A DNA stretch of 62,471 nt, the filler included, from Globobulimina sp. (Eukaryota): the NCBI GenBank assembly GCA_003354225.1. It is 17 parts of 17 records of this genome, joined end to end, with 100 filler letters (N's around TTAATTAATTAA, not from the genome) between each part and the next. Parts side by side here need not be neighbours in the genome. Positions count along the whole stretch, not along the records: positions 55,223 to 58,797 come from PIVH01002473.1; positions 58,898 to 62,471 come from PIVH01002474.1; 15 more parts are not named here. One strand, given 5' to 3'. Below are positions 58,740-62,471 of this stretch, piece by piece. A model generated the notes under the pieces. The model made no database searches. It had not been told where the DNA came from and saw only the letters and a list, made by a program, of their open reading frames with translations. Made by a program: the position numbers and the translations under genes. Position 1 is the first letter of the stretch. Each line of letters opens with the position of its first letter.

Positions 58740-58797
58740 TGGTCGGGACGAGAGGATTTGAACCTCTGACCACCACACCCCCAGTGTGGTGCGCTAC
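58740..58797 (-). tRNA. tRNA-Pro(GGG), 5' end cut by the contig edge
   Basis: The minus strand reads GTAGCGCA-CCACA-CTGGGGG-TGTGG-TGGTC-AGAGG-TTCAAAT-CCTCT-CGTCCCG-ACCA, with encoded CCA (bacterial type). Confidence 0.92.
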
Positions 58798-58897
58798 NNN
58801 NNNNNNNNNNNNNNNNNNNNNNNNNNNNNNNNNNNNNNNNNTTAATTAATTAANNNNNNNNNNNNNNNNNNNNNNNNNNNNNNNNNNNNNNNNNNNN

Positions 58898-59563
58898 TTT
58901 TTTCCTTTGTTTTTGCGCTATGATATTAAGTAAAATATCACACCATGACAATGCTTGTTGTTTGCCGGTGAGATTCGGATTACACGGCGTTATAATTGGG
59001 GTGACAGCTGATTTGGCTTTGGATAAATATGGATACGGATATAATGTTTTATTTTTATATTTTAATAAGGATATACGACTGTTATTGCGTGCATAGTTTG
59101 AGGTGGCATGGTTTGATTTATATATTGCATTGCATGGTTTTGGTGTTAGTGGTGTTTTTGTGATGTTTTGGTTGCACCATAAATAGAATGATCTATTTGT
59201 GGAATGGATTATAAATTTCGCTTCACGACGTTTGCCGCCATATCTTTTCTCAATTCGTGTTTGTGACGTTATAAAAATATCACCTTTTCTTATTTTCTCT
59301 CCATTTTGTTTAATTTCATAATATATAAGTTGGCCATTTGTATGTAATTCAAATAAACGAGGTTTATATATGTTTCCCAGAAAACCTAAACCTTTTTTGG
59401 ATAGTATTGCTGATTTAATTAATGGTGATGTTGTATGTTGGCTGCGTTGTTTGGTTGAGTTTGTTTCTTCATCACAATTGTTAAACTGCAACCCTTCCAT
59501 AAGTTCCATTATAGTCGAAGAAAAAAACAGTTTATCATCTTCAAACCATTCCCGCATCTTCAC
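58898..59563 (-). CDS. PH-domain protein, 3'-truncated
   Basis: IKSAILSKKG.....YKPRLFELHTNGQLIYYE.....KGDIFI...FIIHSTNRSFYL...QALSWCDIL. Confidence 0.8.
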
Positions 59564-60201
59564 ATTACGGTAACAAAAACGTTATTTGCAACGTACCCCG
59601 ATAAAAATGCAGAATTCATTCTAATTATATTCTTTTATTCATAATTTCATAATTATTTATAATCTTAACTAGGTGTAATCTATACAGAAAATGTGCAAAA
59701 ATGTGAAAATGTCCAAAAACGCTATATAAGATGCAATGGCATCAATACAATAAAATTCAACAATATTGTTGTGTGGAAGGCTACATTCGAAAGATTATTA
59801 TGGAAAAATTATATAGATTATGGACAGTCCAATTTAGTCCCAAGATTTTTTATAATTTTCTGGGAAACGAAAGCAAACCTATATAATTTTTACCTCCATT
59901 GTCAGTCACCAGAAACTGTTTGTTCTGACACTGAAAACCTGCTCTTTCAAGACACACCCCATCCCAGTAGCCATACGTAGCGCTGATTATCTTCAGTGAG
60001 TGGCAAACTCTTCTTTGTGTAATCAATAAATGGATTTGTTTGTCAGATAGATTTGAATTTTATAATCATATTAAAAGAATATAATTTCAATATGTTTAAA
60101 TAAATTAAAAGGTTATATAATCGAACAAATTAATAATAAAACCATGCAAAAAAGAAAATGATCCAACTTTTTATCTTTGCACATACACTGATAAATAATT
60201 T

Positions 60202-60885
60202 TCAGCCAACATATTTTTTGTTTCTTCCAGCTGTGAAATAATAAACTCCACCATTTGGACCTATATATAATTTTCTTCCTTTCGCATCAGTTCCATATTG
60301 GTAATCATTGACAATATTATCATTATTTTTTTGCTCAATTTTTAAATTCATTTGTTTCATTCTATAATTCAATGCTTCCAATTCTTCCGGTTGTTTACTT
60401 TCTCGTCTCGTGCGTTGCTTCTCTTTCGCTTTTTTCATTACATCCATTTGATAATTCCGTTTTGCGTCTTTTCGTTTTGCGAATTCTGCGTCTATTTCAT
60501 TCATTTGATTAGTCAATGCTTGTTTTCGTTGTTCTTTGGATCCATTTGTTAATTTTAAATTCATCATTTCATTTTTCAATTCTTCCACTTGTCTTTGTTT
60601 CTCTCTTATTTGATTAATTCTGCTTCTCTTTTTTTCATTTTTCCGTTGTTCAGCTTCTTCCTTTTTCTGATAACAATAGATATCGATTCTGAATATTTCT
60701 TGATTTCATTTCACTATGTTTAGGATAATTATATTAACTTGTTGGCATTTTCCACAATCTCTATATTTATTTTCATCACGCACTTTTCTATCATATCCAC
60801 TATAAATAATCGTTGTGGTGCAACTTCCGCATATTGCCTCATAAATTATTACTATTCTCTCCTTCCAAATACATTTAGTGGCCAT
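60202..60885 (-). CDS. Coiled-coil protein with N-terminal CxxC pairs and C-terminal PBCV basic-adaptor-like motif, intron 60667-60738
   Basis: The splice CAA|GTTAAT..ATCAG|AAA joins ORF 60706-60891 to ORF 60202-60588 in frame. CGSC/CGKC pairs; C-terminal GTDAKGRKLYIGPNGGVYYFTAGRNKKYV. Confidence 0.7.
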
Positions 60886-60924
60886 GCTCAAAGATGGATG
60901 ATCTTAAAAACAGAAATTTATCTG

Positions 60925-62136
60925 ATGAATAATCACAAAGAAGAATACGATGACTATAACTATTATGATGAATATTACGAAGGTGCTGAATTGTATGACT
61001 ATGATGAATTCGATGTAGATTGGGATTCAGCTAAAAAACGACTAACAAGAACACAATTGAGCACATCTAAAAAATCAAAAAAGAGAAAGAAGAAAAAGAA
61101 ATCTGCAACAACAAATAACATATGCATTGCTAATACAGATAATAACAACCAACATACAGTGGAACGTCCTATTATCAAACAATTTGACCATCCGTTACGC
61201 ATTCGGATAATGATGATGCTAAATTATGATGTTTATAATAACTATGATCATAAAGCATGGAAACTAAATATTACAGGAAATACAAGCTATAAGAAATGTA
61301 ACTATCTATTAAGTTCGTGTAGAATTGATATTTTTGATAAATTTACAAAGAAATATTGGGACTCTTATACATTTTTGCCATGTAAATATAATGCGTCTCG
61401 ATTGGATATTGTTAACAATGCATACATACCAATCTTTACTAAAATTAAAAACATACAAAATGTTGAAATGGCCAAACGAGGAACGGTTCGTGATATTGAT
61501 ACATGTGTTCTGTATTATATTGCTCAATTTTGTTTGGAAGCAAGATGTAAAAATATCAATGCAAATGATACATTTATCTCAAATATGATTGAAAATGGTA
61601 TCCAATGGGAGATAAAAAGGAATAATGTCCGAAATAAAAACAGAAATTTTGATTGTAAATCACCTGTTTATCATCGTAAAATATGGAAATTATTTGATAA
61701 ATATATAGCAAATATGCATATGTTATTCCATGTTATATTTGAATATTTAGGATATGATCGGATTACAAATATAATGATTGAAGGGAATACGACATTAAGT
61801 AATATAACAAATGAGTGTTTTAATTGTGTTGCCTATGATTATGATAAGACAGCATTTGATAAGGTGTATGAAAATAATATTGAATATGATATCGATGAAA
61901 CAACATTAAAAATGGATAATAAACAAACTGTCAAACATTACATGAATGTTGGTATGATCGTAAATCAAGCGAATTATCCCTATAATTTACAACGTCATCA
62001 TCCGTTTACAAATAAACATTTTCAAGATTCGGTGTGGATTCCAAAACAAAATCCAATGCATAATATATTAAAAAAGTCACATAGGCTAAAAACTATTACA
62101 TTGACTGGCAAAATCAGCGCTTACAGAATCCTATAA
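60925..62136 (+). CDS. Hypothetical protein
   Basis: Long open frame; likely ATG at 60925 (60898 is possible); acidic Tyr-rich then basic N-terminus. Confidence 0.6.
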   Translation: MNNHKEEYDDYNYYDEYYEGAELYDYDEFDVDWDSAKKRLTRTQLSTSKKSKKRKKKKKSATTNNICIANTDNNNQHTVERPIIKQFDHPLRIRIMMMLNYDVYNNYDHKAWKLNITGNTSYKKCNYLLSSCRIDIFDKFTKKYWDSYTFLPCKYNASRLDIVNNAYIPIFTKIKNIQNVEMAKRGTVRDIDTCVLYYIAQFCLEARCKNINANDTFISNMIENGIQWEIKRNNVRNKNRNFDCKSPVYHRKIWKLFDKYIANMHMLFHVIFEYLGYDRITNIMIEGNTTLSNITNECFNCVAYDYDKTAFDKVYENNIEYDIDETTLKMDNKQTVKHYMNVGMIVNQANYPYNLQRHHPFTNKHFQDSVWIPKQNPMHNILKKSHRLKTITLTGKISAYRIL

Positions 62137-62471
62137 ATATCTTATAACTAACTTATCAATATGCATTGCATGTATTTATTTTATCTTGCACATCTCGCAT
62201 GCATTAGTCTGTGGATACGCCGTAAGATTATAATTAAAAACAGCTATTTGACGTTCGGATATTTGGAGCGTTTCTGGTCAAAAACGATTTATAATTATTT
62301 AACCAGTTTTAAAATTTTAAATAAAATCTAGTCAATGATCTAGATTGCATGCAACATGTTATACACATCAACGTGTTACGGAGAATCTTCTTCTTTTGGC
62401 TCTATTAAAATACTGATAATGCTCCGTCGGAGAATCAAACATTGTGTACCATAAATTGCCAACCATTGTTT

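Noticed and set aside
55223-58797. Horizontal transfer of a retron/prophage into the eukaryotic genome
   Set aside because: The bacterial segment is a separate contig bounded by linkers, with SD sites, overlapping genes and a CCA-encoding tRNA. No physical junction with eukaryotic DNA is shown.
3588-58897. Regularly spaced TTAATTAATTAA palindromes as a repeat array or CRISPR
   Set aside because: They are embedded in N runs of fixed length and are assembly linkers. ORFs ending in X..LIN are artefacts of them.
1-62471. Genome-wide TAA/TAG=Gln (ciliate-type) genetic code
   Set aside because: Most genes have long frames in the standard code, use CAA abundantly and end at TAA where homology ends. 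Only isolated in-frame TAAs were seen.

Overview
This window is not a contiguous locus. It is 17 short, size-sorted contigs (about 3587 down to 3574 bp) joined by artificial 100-nt linkers (N44-TTAATTAATTAA-N44), so adjacency across linkers means nothing. Sixteen contigs look like an AT-rich, gene-dense protist genome with short (49-72 nt) GT-AG introns; a foraminiferan/rhizarian source is my inference from gene-family style. They carry housekeeping genes (NHE, DHHC-PAT, Rad9, kinesin, RasGEF, PPR and others), a non-LTR retrotransposon tail and several unusual proteins. One contig (55223-58797) is bacterial and holds the most interesting system. It has the 3' end of a P2-like gpA rolling-circle replication gene with its nick-site origin. 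Next comes an oppositely oriented retron-like operon: structured leader, 63-aa small ORF, RT with NAxxH/LLDD/VTG motifs, and a translationally coupled cold-shock-domain protein. A tRNA-Leu att-like remnant and tRNA-Pro follow. The small ORF is enclosed by the retron-like inverted repeats and its start codon lies in a hairpin. This suggests a cold-shock-type (type V-like) retron with a hidden, translationally repressed small membrane effector inside its ncRNA; the function is inferred, not shown.
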